Shown piece after piece: positions 19,610 through 28,487 of a stretch of DNA of 64,000 nucleotides. Each line of letters begins with the position of its first letter. Position 1 is the first letter of the stretch. The DNA comes from an uncultured Eubacteriales bacterium. GTDB taxonomy: Bacteria > Acidobacteriota > Aminicenantia > Aminicenantales > Aminicenantaceae. The stretch spans positions 26,263 through 90,262 of the forward strand of contig CAZWHQ010000010.1 in assembly GCA_964633715.1 (NCBI GenBank). Direction: 5' to 3'. The translations under genes and the position numbers were made by a program. Under the pieces are notes generated by a model. The model made no database searches and was not told where the DNA came from. It saw nothing but the letters and a program-made list of their open reading frames with translations.

Positions 19610-21193
19610 TCATTCTTTTGTTCTGTCCAGCCAGGAAAGCGCGGCCGTCGGGCAGGACGTCACGCATTCCTCGGCCACTTTTTCCAATCCTTCGCTGAGC
19701 GGTTTCCCAAACGGCGTGTCCACATGGACATCAAAACCGCGTTTTACAAACGTCAAACCGAGATGTTCTCCTGATTGTTTGGTGATCTGCACACACAAAC
19801 CACATTTGATACATTTTCCCGGTTCATAGATCACAAGATCATGTTGAATAACTTTACTGAGAGTTTTTCGTTGAGAAAAATGGAACCGCCGTTGGTTTGA
19901 ATCGTACTCTTCGGCATACTGCCTCAGCTTGCATGAATTGGATTTCCGGCAGTCACAGCCAAAACAGCGTGAAGACTCCAGAACGGCCTCTTCTTTTGAA
20001 TACCCTATCTCGAATCCACTCCCATATGTTAATCGTTGAAGCTCTTGTGCCTCTTTGAGCAGTTCGGCTGTGTCTTCTTTGCTGATTTTTCCAAGAATGG
20101 AATTAAAATTTCTGGACGGGCCGGTTTGTCTTTCACCTTTGAGAAACCGGTTGGCGGAATCTGCTAGAAATTTTCCATGCGCCGAAGCACGGATGGCCAT
20201 CCGGGATTCTGACACGGCATTCCCTCCGGCAAAAACACCGGGAATACTGGTTTCAAATGTTTTTCGATTTATAGAGATTCCCTTGTTAGACAAGGACAAT
20301 GCTGACCTGCCCAACAGTTCAGGATTAAAGGTCCCAAGAGCCAATACAATCGTTTCATAATCTGATCTTAACTTGTCCCACTGCAGGTCTTTCCCAAGGG
20401 ATCGTTCCAAAAAAAACTTGACTCCCAACTCGGCGATGCGTTCGATCTCAGCATCGAGTACTTTCCTGGGCAACATATCCTCTGAAACTCCGTAACGAAG
20501 TTTACCGCCGGGCAGCGGATTTTGATCATAAATATGACAGGCATGGCCATATTGAGCAAGATAATAGGCCGCAGAAAGACCTGCCGCTCCGGCCCCAAGG
20601 ATAGCCACAGTTTTCCCAGAGCTGGATTTAACATATGGCCGGAAGGGAGAATTTTTAGCCAAATCCACGTCGGCCACATATCGTTTCAGAGAACATATTG
20701 AGACAGAATCATCAAAGGATTTTCTGTGGCACCCTTTTTCACATGGGGCAGAGCAAATCCGTCCCAATATTGCAGGAAGTGCAATATTTTTTTTGACGGT
20801 GATAAGAGCTTCCTCAAACTGCCCGTCTTTAATCTGCCGGATCATAAGTGGAATATTCATCTGGGCCGGACAAGCGCGAAGACAAGGGGCATCACAGTCC
20901 CCAATATGTTCGCTCAACAAAAAATCCAAGGCATCCTTTCTGGCCTCCCTTACCTTTTCGCTGTTTGTTTCGATCTTCAATCCTTCGGATAAAAGGGCCG
21001 AACAGGACGGGATCAACCGGTCCGACTGGATATCGTGAACGACACAGATCATGCACGAGGTCGTGGGATCATATCCCTTAAGATGACACAACGTAGGGAT
21101 GTGAATATCCAAGCCTGCAGCCGCTTCAAGGATCGTGCTATCACTAGGGACAGACACATTCAAATTGTTGATCGTGATGTTGACGTTCTTCAT
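19610..21193 (-). CDS. Fe-S flavoprotein: an N-terminal 2Fe-2S ferredoxin plus a GltD-like NAD(P)H-binding pyridine-nucleotide oxidoreductase. It resembles StnA / glutamate synthase small subunit.
   Basis: N-terminal CHLKGYDPTTSCMICVV is a NuoG-type 2Fe-2S motif. The CDAPCLRACP Fe-S region is followed by the FAD/NAD(P) motif VAILGAGAAGLSAAYY and by GVFAGGNAV. A C-terminal Cys-cluster ferredoxin region follows. Confidence 0.75.
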   Translation of the reverse strand: MKNVNITINNLNVSVPSDSTILEAAAGLDIHIPTLCHLKGYDPTTSCMICVVHDIQSDRLIPSCSALLSEGLKIETNSEKVREARKDALDFLLSEHIGDCDAPCLRACPAQMNIPLMIRQIKDGQFEEALITVKKNIALPAILGRICSAPCEKGCHRKSFDDSVSICSLKRYVADVDLAKNSPFRPYVKSSSGKTVAILGAGAAGLSAAYYLAQYGHACHIYDQNPLPGGKLRYGVSEDMLPRKVLDAEIERIAELGVKFFLERSLGKDLQWDKLRSDYETIVLALGTFNPELLGRSALSLSNKGISINRKTFETSIPGVFAGGNAVSESRMAIRASAHGKFLADSANRFLKGERQTGPSRNFNSILGKISKEDTAELLKEAQELQRLTYGSGFEIGYSKEEAVLESSRCFGCDCRKSNSCKLRQYAEEYDSNQRRFHFSQRKTLSKVIQHDLVIYEPGKCIKCGLCVQITKQSGEHLGLTFVKRGFDVHVDTPFGKPLSEGLEKVAEECVTSCPTAALSWLDRTKE

Positions 21194-23544
21194 AATATTT
21201 TCACAGAATCAGTCTGGCAAACCTGCTTGCATGTCCCACATTTCGTGCATTTGTTTTGGTCGATGATGTGTCTTTGGTAGGGCACCGCTTGAATAGCACT
21301 CACTGGGCATTTCTGTGCACAGATCGTACAGCCTATGCATGACTCGTCAATAGAATATGTTATAAGGGCTGCACAGCGTTTGGCCGGGCACTTACCTTCT
21401 AAGTGGGCCTCATATTCTTCTCTGAAATACTTCAGTGTCGTGAGAACCGGATTTGGTGCTGTTTTCCCCAGCCCGCAGAGACTGCCCTGTTTTGTCTTGA
21501 GGGCGATCTCTTCCAATTTTGCCAGGTCTTTCTCTTGCCCTTTTCCAATACACAGGTCCTCGAGTATCTGAAGCATGTGTTTTGTCCCAATACGGCAGTA
21601 TGTGCACTTTCCACAGGACTGGCTGCAGATAAATTCCATAAAATAGCGGGCGATGTCCACCATGCAGTCCGAGTCGTCCATGACCAAAAGCCCCCCTGAA
21701 CCCATCATGGCACCAACTTTTTTTAGATCCTCATAATCCACACGCGTATGAGCCAATTCGGCTGGAATGCATCCTCCAGACGGCCCCCCGATCTGTACAG
21801 CTTTAAATTCTCTGTTGCTTTCGATACCTCCTCCAATATCCTCGACAATCTCCCGGATCGAGATGCCCATGGGAACTTCGATAAGCCCTCCCCTGGCAAT
21901 TTTCCCTGCCAGGGAAAAGACCTTTGTGCCTTTGCTCTGTGTTGTCCCTAATTTCGCAAATTCATCAGGTCCATTCCGGAAAATCCAGGGAACAGTGGCC
22001 AAAGTTTCACAGTTGTTAACCAGGGTCGAATGGCCCCAGAGCCCCTTTTGCGCAGGATAGGGAGGACGAAAACTTGGATTCCCCCTATGCCCTTCAATGG
22101 AGGCAATGAGTGCGGTTTCTTCCCCGCAGACAAAGGCACCAGCACCCTCCAAAATCTTTAATTCCAGAGAAAAGCCTTTCTCTAAAATATCCAGGCCCAA
22201 CAGCCCTTGTTCGCGGCTTTTTTTGAGCGCCTCTCTAACGCGCCGGACAGCCAGAGGATATTCTGCACGGATATAAAAATACCCTTCATGAGCCCCAACT
22301 GCGTAGGCGGCAAAAATCATGCCTTCGATAACCCGAAAAGGATAGGACTCCAGAATCATGCGGTCCATAAATGCCCCGGGATCACCCTCATCTCCATTGC
22401 AGATGATGAATTTTTTATCGTCTTTAGATTGGCGAACGATGTCCCATTTTTGTCCTGAAGAGAATCCCGCTCCTCCACGGCCTCTTAAGCCGCTGGTTTT
22501 TACACAATTGACTATCTCTTCTGGAGAATAATTGGAAAGACACCTGTCCAGAGCTTCAAATCCTCCTTTTGTGCGATACTCTTCAAGATCAAGAGGATCG
22601 ATCTGGCCAGAATTCTCTGTGGCGATGTGCTGCTGTCTCCCGAGAAAAGCTTGGATCTCCTTGTCCCGCCCATGCAGAGGATGCCGAGTGAATCCATTGG
22701 AATTTGGACTATCAAGAACATTTTCGATAAGTTGATAGGCTGCATTCTTTATGCGCTGAGGGAGAGATTTTGGTTTGTAATGTCTGAGAATGATGTTTTT
22801 GACATCTTCAGGCTGAACACTGTCATAGAGGACCGGCTCTTCACCTTGTGGACTCACTTCAAGAAGTGGTGTCCTGTGACACATGCCCACACATCCAACT
22901 CTTTTGACCTGTGTCTGAATCCCGGTTTCACGAAGGCTTTTTTCCAGCTCCTGCTGCACCCGGCTGCTGCCGCTGGCCACACAGCAGGAACCCAGCCCAA
23001 TCTTTATTTCTCCTCCATTGTTCGGCTTCGATTTCCGAGGGCCAGAGCTTTTTGCAGCCTGTCCCTGATTCAGGAGGAAATCTTTGAGGATATTCCCAAC
23101 CCCATCTGTTTGGACATGCCCATACGTCACATCATCGATCTGTACAACAGGAGCAATCGTACAGCAACCCAAACAGGCAATTTTTTGGACAGTAAATTGA
23201 CTTTTTGGATCGGTATCTCCATCTTCAGGAATATCCAATTCGCGAAGGAACGCATCATATACCAGGCCGGATCCTTTGACATGACAGGCTGTACCTGTAC
23301 ACACACGGATAATATGCTGACCGACAGGGGTATGGCGGAATTGAGAATAAAACGTCGACACTCCAAAAATGTCAGCGAATGTGATGTCTGTTTTTTCGCA
23401 GACCCGCTGGAGGGCCAGCTCTGGAAGATAATTATATTCATTTTGGATGGCATGAAGAAGGGGGATGACAGCGCCATTATTGGATCCGACATCATCGACA
23501 ATCCGGTCAATGAACGAATGGATGCGGTCCTTTTCCAGCTTCAT
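21190..23544 (-). CDS. Fused NuoE-like (2Fe-2S thioredoxin-fold) and NuoF-like (FMN, NADH-binding, 4Fe-4S) subunit with extra ferredoxin domains. It resembles HydB/HndC/StnBC type.
   Basis: The NuoE motif is CTGTACHVKGS. NuoF blocks include NGDEGDPGAFMDR and GAGAFVCGEETALIASIEGHRGNPSFRPPYPAQKGLWGHSTLVNNCET. C-terminal CxxCxxCxxxCP ferredoxin motifs are present. It overlaps the GltD-like gene by 4 bp. Confidence 0.8.
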   Translation of the reverse strand: MKLEKDRIHSFIDRIVDDVGSNNGAVIPLLHAIQNEYNYLPELALQRVCEKTDITFADIFGVSTFYSQFRHTPVGQHIIRVCTGTACHVKGSGLVYDAFLRELDIPEDGDTDPKSQFTVQKIACLGCCTIAPVVQIDDVTYGHVQTDGVGNILKDFLLNQGQAAKSSGPRKSKPNNGGEIKIGLGSCCVASGSSRVQQELEKSLRETGIQTQVKRVGCVGMCHRTPLLEVSPQGEEPVLYDSVQPEDVKNIILRHYKPKSLPQRIKNAAYQLIENVLDSPNSNGFTRHPLHGRDKEIQAFLGRQQHIATENSGQIDPLDLEEYRTKGGFEALDRCLSNYSPEEIVNCVKTSGLRGRGGAGFSSGQKWDIVRQSKDDKKFIICNGDEGDPGAFMDRMILESYPFRVIEGMIFAAYAVGAHEGYFYIRAEYPLAVRRVREALKKSREQGLLGLDILEKGFSLELKILEGAGAFVCGEETALIASIEGHRGNPSFRPPYPAQKGLWGHSTLVNNCETLATVPWIFRNGPDEFAKLGTTQSKGTKVFSLAGKIARGGLIEVPMGISIREIVEDIGGGIESNREFKAVQIGGPSGGCIPAELAHTRVDYEDLKKVGAMMGSGGLLVMDDSDCMVDIARYFMEFICSQSCGKCTYCRIGTKHMLQILEDLCIGKGQEKDLAKLEEIALKTKQGSLCGLGKTAPNPVLTTLKYFREEYEAHLEGKCPAKRCAALITYSIDESCIGCTICAQKCPVSAIQAVPYQRHIIDQNKCTKCGTCKQVCQTDSVKIL

Positions 23545-23550
23545 GGGATT

Positions 23551-25263
23551 TTATTTTCCAATGCAAAACAGATGTTTTATTCCACGAATAAAGATGCGGT
23601 TAAACATGAATGCGGGAATGGTCATGGCATCTTCTCCAAGTTCATTCTGGTTGATGAGTTCGAATTCCTTCTGAGCTTTAAAGATAGACATAACACCGTC
23701 CATATCCATGCAGTATATTTTATCTCCAGCTAAAATAGGGGACGAATAGAAGCCATCATCAAAGTCGTGGAACCAATATCTCTCTCCCGTTTTTGCGTCA
23801 AAGCAGGATACCGTCCCGAAGCTGGTCGGCATAAACACCAGGTCCCCGATAGCCACGGGACTGGAGACTTCGGAGAGGTCGTCGAGGACCTCCCAGACAA
23901 CTTCCGGCGTATCCCCGAGTTTTATCCCCACAAGCCTGGCGTAGTCGTTGACGGCAAACACCATACCGTCGGCATAGGCGGGTGAGGGGGCGACTTCCCC
24001 CATCATACACGCGACACGCCATAACTTCTGCCCGGTCCGTGGATCATGGGACATGACAAAGGGATTGGAGCTGAGGATCAATTCAAACCGGTTCCCCGTG
24101 TCAACAAGAATCGGCGAAGACCAGGAGATCTCCACTTCCCGAGGTTGGTCATACGCGACATCACCCGTTGCCGCCTTTAAACCCAGAACCCGGCCACCGG
24201 TGTTCTGGTCATAGGGGACGATCAGCAGATCCTGGTAGGTGATCAGTGAAGCCGAATGGCCGTAGTGGTTGTCGGGCACACCCAGATTTTTAGCCCAGAT
24301 TCTCTGTCCCTCGAAGTCGAGACAGGCCACATCGCCCGTGGCGAAAAGGGCGAACACCCTCTTTCCATCCGTGGTCATAGTGGGTGCGGCGTATCCCGTG
24401 TCCTGCCCGACATCGGGTTTGCGATCGGGCGTACCGGGGATATCGTTGAGCTCCGACTGCCAGAGAATCTCCCCTGAGTCGGCATCAAAACAGATGACAA
24501 CCTGAGTGTTTCTATCCGCGCCCGATAGGAAGATTTTCTTCCCCCATATAATGGGAGAATTGTACCCAGGGATAGGAATGGGTGTTGTCCAGAGGATGTT
24601 TTCCCCTGAAGTCCCGTCCCAGACGGTAGGAAAAGAGCCATCCGATGCAATTCCTATTCCTCCCGCCCCTCGAAAGCCGGGCCAGTTTGCTTTTTTCTCT
24701 TCTAAACTTGCATAGTCAGAGTCCCCGGAGCCGCCACTCCGGGCGACGCCGATTTTTTTAATTTCCGACTGGGAGAATACTCCGAGCAAAAGAGCGAGGA
24801 CAAACAGACCGACCCCACCAAAAACAATGTATTTTCGGGATAACAGTTTGTTCTCCCAGGTTTTCCCGGCATCGGAATCCGAGTTCAAATCAGGCAGCTG
24901 GGGTTGAAGTGAATGCATAAACTTGAGCGACAGAAGCAGCAACAGAACAAAGGCAAAGAGAAGGTAACTTCCCGTGCGGATTTGCCATTGGTAGGTGAAA
25001 TAGGCTTTCCTGGCCAGAAGATCGAGAGCGCGGATCTGCTCCTTGAGGGCCGTGTCCTGGGGATTGTCCTGAAGCTGGGCGATCAGCTGAGTGATGACCT
25101 CGCTGTTGAGAGGATCGTTGGATTTTGTCTGGAGATAGTTCGCGATCATCAGAACGCTGAGAATTCCGGCACACACCGCTGCAATCACCACAACCTTTTG
25201 GGCAATTCCATACCACAGACGTGTTGGATCTTTTTTTATGGTCTTGTCGTTTTGTCTATTCAT
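23551..25263 (-). CDS. Membrane-anchored PQQ-like beta-propeller repeat protein; paralog 4, with N-terminal TM helices.
   Basis: Contains NILWTTPIPIPGYNSPIIWGKKIFLSGA, and two N-terminal hydrophobic segments. The track start at 25413 would overlap the upstream gene by 146 bp. The ATG at 25263 (MNRQNDK) directly abuts the stop of the NapH-like gene. Confidence 0.65.
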   Translation of the reverse strand: MNRQNDKTIKKDPTRLWYGIAQKVVVIAAVCAGILSVLMIANYLQTKSNDPLNSEVITQLIAQLQDNPQDTALKEQIRALDLLARKAYFTYQWQIRTGSYLLFAFVLLLLLSLKFMHSLQPQLPDLNSDSDAGKTWENKLLSRKYIVFGGVGLFVLALLLGVFSQSEIKKIGVARSGGSGDSDYASLEEKKANWPGFRGAGGIGIASDGSFPTVWDGTSGENILWTTPIPIPGYNSPIIWGKKIFLSGADRNTQVVICFDADSGEILWQSELNDIPGTPDRKPDVGQDTGYAAPTMTTDGKRVFALFATGDVACLDFEGQRIWAKNLGVPDNHYGHSASLITYQDLLIVPYDQNTGGRVLGLKAATGDVAYDQPREVEISWSSPILVDTGNRFELILSSNPFVMSHDPRTGQKLWRVACMMGEVAPSPAYADGMVFAVNDYARLVGIKLGDTPEVVWEVLDDLSEVSSPVAIGDLVFMPTSFGTVSCFDAKTGERYWFHDFDDGFYSSPILAGDKIYCMDMDGVMSIFKAQKEFELINQNELGEDAMTIPAFMFNRIFIRGIKHLFCIGK

Positions 25264-25267
25264 CCCA

Positions 25268-26623
25268 TCAAGCCCTAAACTGTTTGATTTTTTTCTCACC
25301 GGTTCCCAAAGAATCGGCCTGTTCCTGCGTGAGCAGGCCCAGACGCACCTGTTCATACGGACAGTATGAAAAGCACCGGCCACAGCTGAGACAGGAGCCC
25401 TTGTCCACGTCATATTTGAGCTGCCGTTTGCGGCTGAAGAGGCCGATAAACTTCAGACAGATGACGAAACCGATAAAGCCTCCAAGGATCCATCCCCCGG
25501 TTTTGAACTGCTTCTGGATCGCTTTGGCTTCACTAAATAGCTCCTCGGTCGGTTTCCCCGAAGTGCGGAAGGCTTTGGTTTCATCGGTCATTTCTGTGCG
25601 CTGTCCGGAATTTTCGAGTAGAATTTCCTCGGCAAGAGAGACCGTGGCGTGCTGACGCGAAAGAGGAATGTTGAGAAGAGACCCCACCCAACCGGTACCA
25701 AATACCAGAAGCGGCAGGAGAATGAAAACCAGGGCCAAGCGGCGGATGTCCACATCCTTTCCCTTGGAGGGAGGGCCCTCATCGGCTTTTTGGATGGCTC
25801 CAAAGGGACAGGATTCTTCACACAACCGGCAGTTGTTGCACTCATCGGGAGTGATCGATACATGCCGTTTCGACAGGCGGGACATCCAGCTCAAGAGAAC
25901 TCCATAGGGACAGAGGAACCGGCAGTAGGGTCTGGCAATGACCGTCCCCAAAACCAGCATGGACATCCCAAAAATCACCATATTAAAATCCGCACCGAAA
26001 CGGAAAAAACCGATAAAAGGATCGTACTGACAGATGATAAAACCTGTTCCTGTGACCGCAAACAGCACGGCCAACCCCAGGTAGATATAGGGCAGCAGTC
26101 CGAGCACATTTTCCAGGCCTATGGAAACTCGGACAGGTTTGAGAACGACAACGTCCTGAATGGCGCCGAGCGGACAGACCGCCGCACAAAAAGTCCGGCC
26201 GTAAAAAAGCGCCACAAAGAGCGGCAGGATAAAAAAGACGATGACAGATACAGGGATGGCATAGGCGGGATTAAACAACGCCAAACTCACATTCTGGATG
26301 GCCCCGATTGAACAGACACATCCTCTCCTGATAAAGCCAAAGTACACCAGAGAAAACACCATCAGAATAAATATGTTGCGCCGTGATCTCAACTTGTAGG
26401 CAAAATAGGTCGCCAAAAACAACGCGGCCGCCAAAACAAAAATATCGACATACTCCCATACCGTGGCCCGGGGTGAAGGAGAGAGCAGCTCAGGCCGGAC
26501 ATATCCCGATTCAAAATCGGGTTTGGGAAAACGCTCTTGAATCTGAGAGAGGCCGAGGAGAGGGAGAAGCAACAACATCGATCCAAGAAATACTTTCACT
26601 CTGAACTGTCGTCTATTTTTCAT
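25268..26623 (-). CDS. NapH/MauN-family membrane polyferredoxin (4Fe-4S binding integral membrane protein).
   Basis: Two membrane-embedded CxxxCP motifs, CAAVCPLG and CRFLCPYG, are present. Cytoplasmic 4Fe-4S motifs CNNCRLCEESCP and CLSCGRCFSYCP are present. Several TM helices. The start is placed at MKNRRQF, 26623. The track ORF extends to 26839 with a non-signal-like extension. Confidence 0.7.
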   Translation of the reverse strand: MKNRRQFRVKVFLGSMLLLLPLLGLSQIQERFPKPDFESGYVRPELLSPSPRATVWEYVDIFVLAAALFLATYFAYKLRSRRNIFILMVFSLVYFGFIRRGCVCSIGAIQNVSLALFNPAYAIPVSVIVFFILPLFVALFYGRTFCAAVCPLGAIQDVVVLKPVRVSIGLENVLGLLPYIYLGLAVLFAVTGTGFIICQYDPFIGFFRFGADFNMVIFGMSMLVLGTVIARPYCRFLCPYGVLLSWMSRLSKRHVSITPDECNNCRLCEESCPFGAIQKADEGPPSKGKDVDIRRLALVFILLPLLVFGTGWVGSLLNIPLSRQHATVSLAEEILLENSGQRTEMTDETKAFRTSGKPTEELFSEAKAIQKQFKTGGWILGGFIGFVICLKFIGLFSRKRQLKYDVDKGSCLSCGRCFSYCPYEQVRLGLLTQEQADSLGTGEKKIKQFRA

Positions 26624-26634
26624 GGGATGGCACG

Positions 26635-27222
26635 TTATCCTTGGAGATAACTCTGGCTCTCGTCTCCTCTCAGAATATAGGGCCGGCTCGCCGGCACACG
26701 TTTCCACGCTTGAGAAGGACATCTCCGAGCGATCGAACATTCGTTGCAGTTTAAACAGCGGTCGTGTTTGTTCTGCAGATAGAGGGAACCGTTTCCGAAG
26801 GAGGCGCAGCCTTTCACGCATTTTCCGCAACCAATGCACAGTTCCTCGTCGAGGGTGTACTCAAAATAGGGTATTTCCACAAAGCTCCGCGTGATCGCCC
26901 CGGAGGGACAGAGCTGGCTCTCCGCCCCTGTGTCCCTGTCCTTGGCCCCAGGCTGAAGATACCCGCTGCACAAATCACAGTAGCCGCACATGGAAAAGGA
27001 GTGAACACATTTTACCGAAGATTGCGGAAGAACACAGTTGACCGCACACTTTTCACATTGAATGCAGATGTTGGGATCCAACTGCCAGACCATCTCTTCC
27101 GAAGACGACTTGCTGAACAAAATCCCTGCAAGGCCAGCGATAGTCAAACCGGTTATGGAATGAAGGCTCTTCCTGATAAAATCTCTTCGTTTTATCGGAT
27201 TTTTTTGCCCAGTTCTTTTCAT
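26635..27222 (-). CDS. NapG/MauM-family periplasmic ferredoxin with a Tat signal.
   Basis: Tat motif KRRDFIRK plus hydrophobic segment. Four 4Fe-4S cysteine motifs are present: CIQCEKCAVNC, CGYCDLCSGY, CIGCGKCVKGC and CLNCNECSIARRCP. Confidence 0.75.
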   Translation of the reverse strand: MKRTGQKNPIKRRDFIRKSLHSITGLTIAGLAGILFSKSSSEEMVWQLDPNICIQCEKCAVNCVLPQSSVKCVHSFSMCGYCDLCSGYLQPGAKDRDTGAESQLCPSGAITRSFVEIPYFEYTLDEELCIGCGKCVKGCASFGNGSLYLQNKHDRCLNCNECSIARRCPSQAWKRVPASRPYILRGDESQSYLQG

Positions 27223-27476
27223 TTACCCCCCCCAGCTTCCGACAATTTATTCCTTGCCTTTAGGGCTGAAGGTTTCTGGCAGTCAGAGATTTTCGAACAA
27301 TTCCTGCAGGGCAGATCTAAAGAACAGGATTCGCTTTTCCCGGAATTGGCCTGTCCTCTCCACCCCAGAAACAATCCCGAAAAGACGAGACCACTCAAGA
27401 CAACTGCCCTCATACCATCCTTTAAAAAATCACGTCTAGTTTTCACTTTTAATTGATTCCTCATTTGAAATCTCAC
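27219..27476 (-). CDS. Small Tat-signal protein with a Cys-rich C-terminus, about 80 aa, function unknown.
   Basis: Twin-arginine motif TRRDFLK and hydrophobic segment AVVLSGLVFSGLFLGW. Mature part CSLDLPCRNCSKISDC. 4-bp overlap with the NapG-like start. Confidence 0.35.
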   Translation of the reverse strand: MRFQMRNQLKVKTRRDFLKDGMRAVVLSGLVFSGLFLGWRGQANSGKSESCSLDLPCRNCSKISDCQKPSALKARNKLSEAGGGK

Positions 27477-28479
27477 CTTGTTGCTTTTCCTGTTCCTGAT
27501 TTTTTGTAAAAATCCGAACGAGTTTTTGTTTGGGATCCAGAATAAGTATCCTTTGGTCTGAATCCACGGCTAAATCCAGACCAACCGTGCCTTCGATAAA
27601 CTTGTCAGGTCCGGCTACAACGGACACCATCTCTCCAATCTGATTATAGACCTTAACTCTGGCTATCCCTTTTTCACTTGTTACAAAGGATCCATCTTCC
27701 AGAACAATAAAATGCGATGGATTACAGCAACCGCAGAATCCACCTATGTCCATGGAGAATTCTCCCCAAGAAGTCCTGAAACCTCCGTCCAATGTATAAT
27801 TTTCGAGTGAATGCCGGCCGGTGTCGGCTGCCCAGAGAAAACCATCCGGATCGACAGCCACATCGAAATACGGGCTGGGAATGATAAATCCAGGAACATC
27901 TTTGTCCTCGTCTTTCTCCCCAATTCTTTGAAGAAGGTTTCCATCTTTATCAAACTTCCAGACAATCAGATTTCCGGCATCGGCCACAAAGACAAATTTT
28001 TCCGACAGAGCTATCGAAGTGAAAATCGCGCCCGTACTCGGTGATTTCCAATTGGCTTTTTTTGTGCCGGACAAATCATAAACCTCAACAATATCATTCA
28101 TCCCAACATAGACATCACGATTGTTGTCGACTGCCAGACAGTGAACGGATTCGTCCACAGAAAAAGTGGATAAATGGATTCCATCCCTGCTGAAAATGAA
28201 AAATGTATTGTCCCCAGAGACATAGATGTTGTCCTCCGGCCCGACAGCAAGTCCGTAAACATGGGGCAGTTCGAGTGGAATTCGGCCAACCTCAGAAAAA
28301 TGAACAAGACTGGGATCACTCACCTTGAATCGATCTATGTCATATTCAAAAGGATTTTTCTGTTTTCTCAAAGAATTTTCACGGACAGCTCTGTAACCGA
28401 AAAAAAGAATTCCTGCCAAGGAGACAAGAATGATGATCCCCGTCAAAATCTGATTTTGTTTTGAACTGTTTCCTTTCAT
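27436..28479 (-). CDS. NHL-repeat (six-bladed beta-propeller) protein with an N-terminal membrane anchor.
   Basis: N-terminal TM segment ILTGIIILVSLAGILFFGY. Repeated blade motifs such as VYVSGDN, VYVGMND, VFVADAGN and LWAADTG are typical of NHL repeats. Confidence 0.6.
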   Translation of the reverse strand: MKGNSSKQNQILTGIIILVSLAGILFFGYRAVRENSLRKQKNPFEYDIDRFKVSDPSLVHFSEVGRIPLELPHVYGLAVGPEDNIYVSGDNTFFIFSRDGIHLSTFSVDESVHCLAVDNNRDVYVGMNDIVEVYDLSGTKKANWKSPSTGAIFTSIALSEKFVFVADAGNLIVWKFDKDGNLLQRIGEKDEDKDVPGFIIPSPYFDVAVDPDGFLWAADTGRHSLENYTLDGGFRTSWGEFSMDIGGFCGCCNPSHFIVLEDGSFVTSEKGIARVKVYNQIGEMVSVVAGPDKFIEGTVGLDLAVDSDQRILILDPKQKLVRIFTKNQEQEKQQGEISNEESIKSEN

Positions 28480-28487
28480 CGTTTTTC

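Noticed and set aside
22627-23733. 368-aa plus-strand ORF.
   Set aside because: It lies antisense within the strongly supported NuoE-NuoF-like gene and spills into the next gene. It has no motifs.
23551-25413. Possibility that the propeller / NapGH region is a clade-II nitrous oxide reductase (nosZ-nosGH) cluster.
   Set aside because: No CuA cupredoxin motif or His-rich CuZ ligand set appears in any propeller. No nosD (beta-helix), nosL or ABC-2 nosY genes are present. The resemblance is limited to the NapGH-like pair.
25649-26311. 220-aa plus-strand ORF rich in Arg, Lys and Gly.
   Set aside because: It is antisense to the NapH-like polyferredoxin gene. Its low-complexity translation is typical of a shadow ORF.
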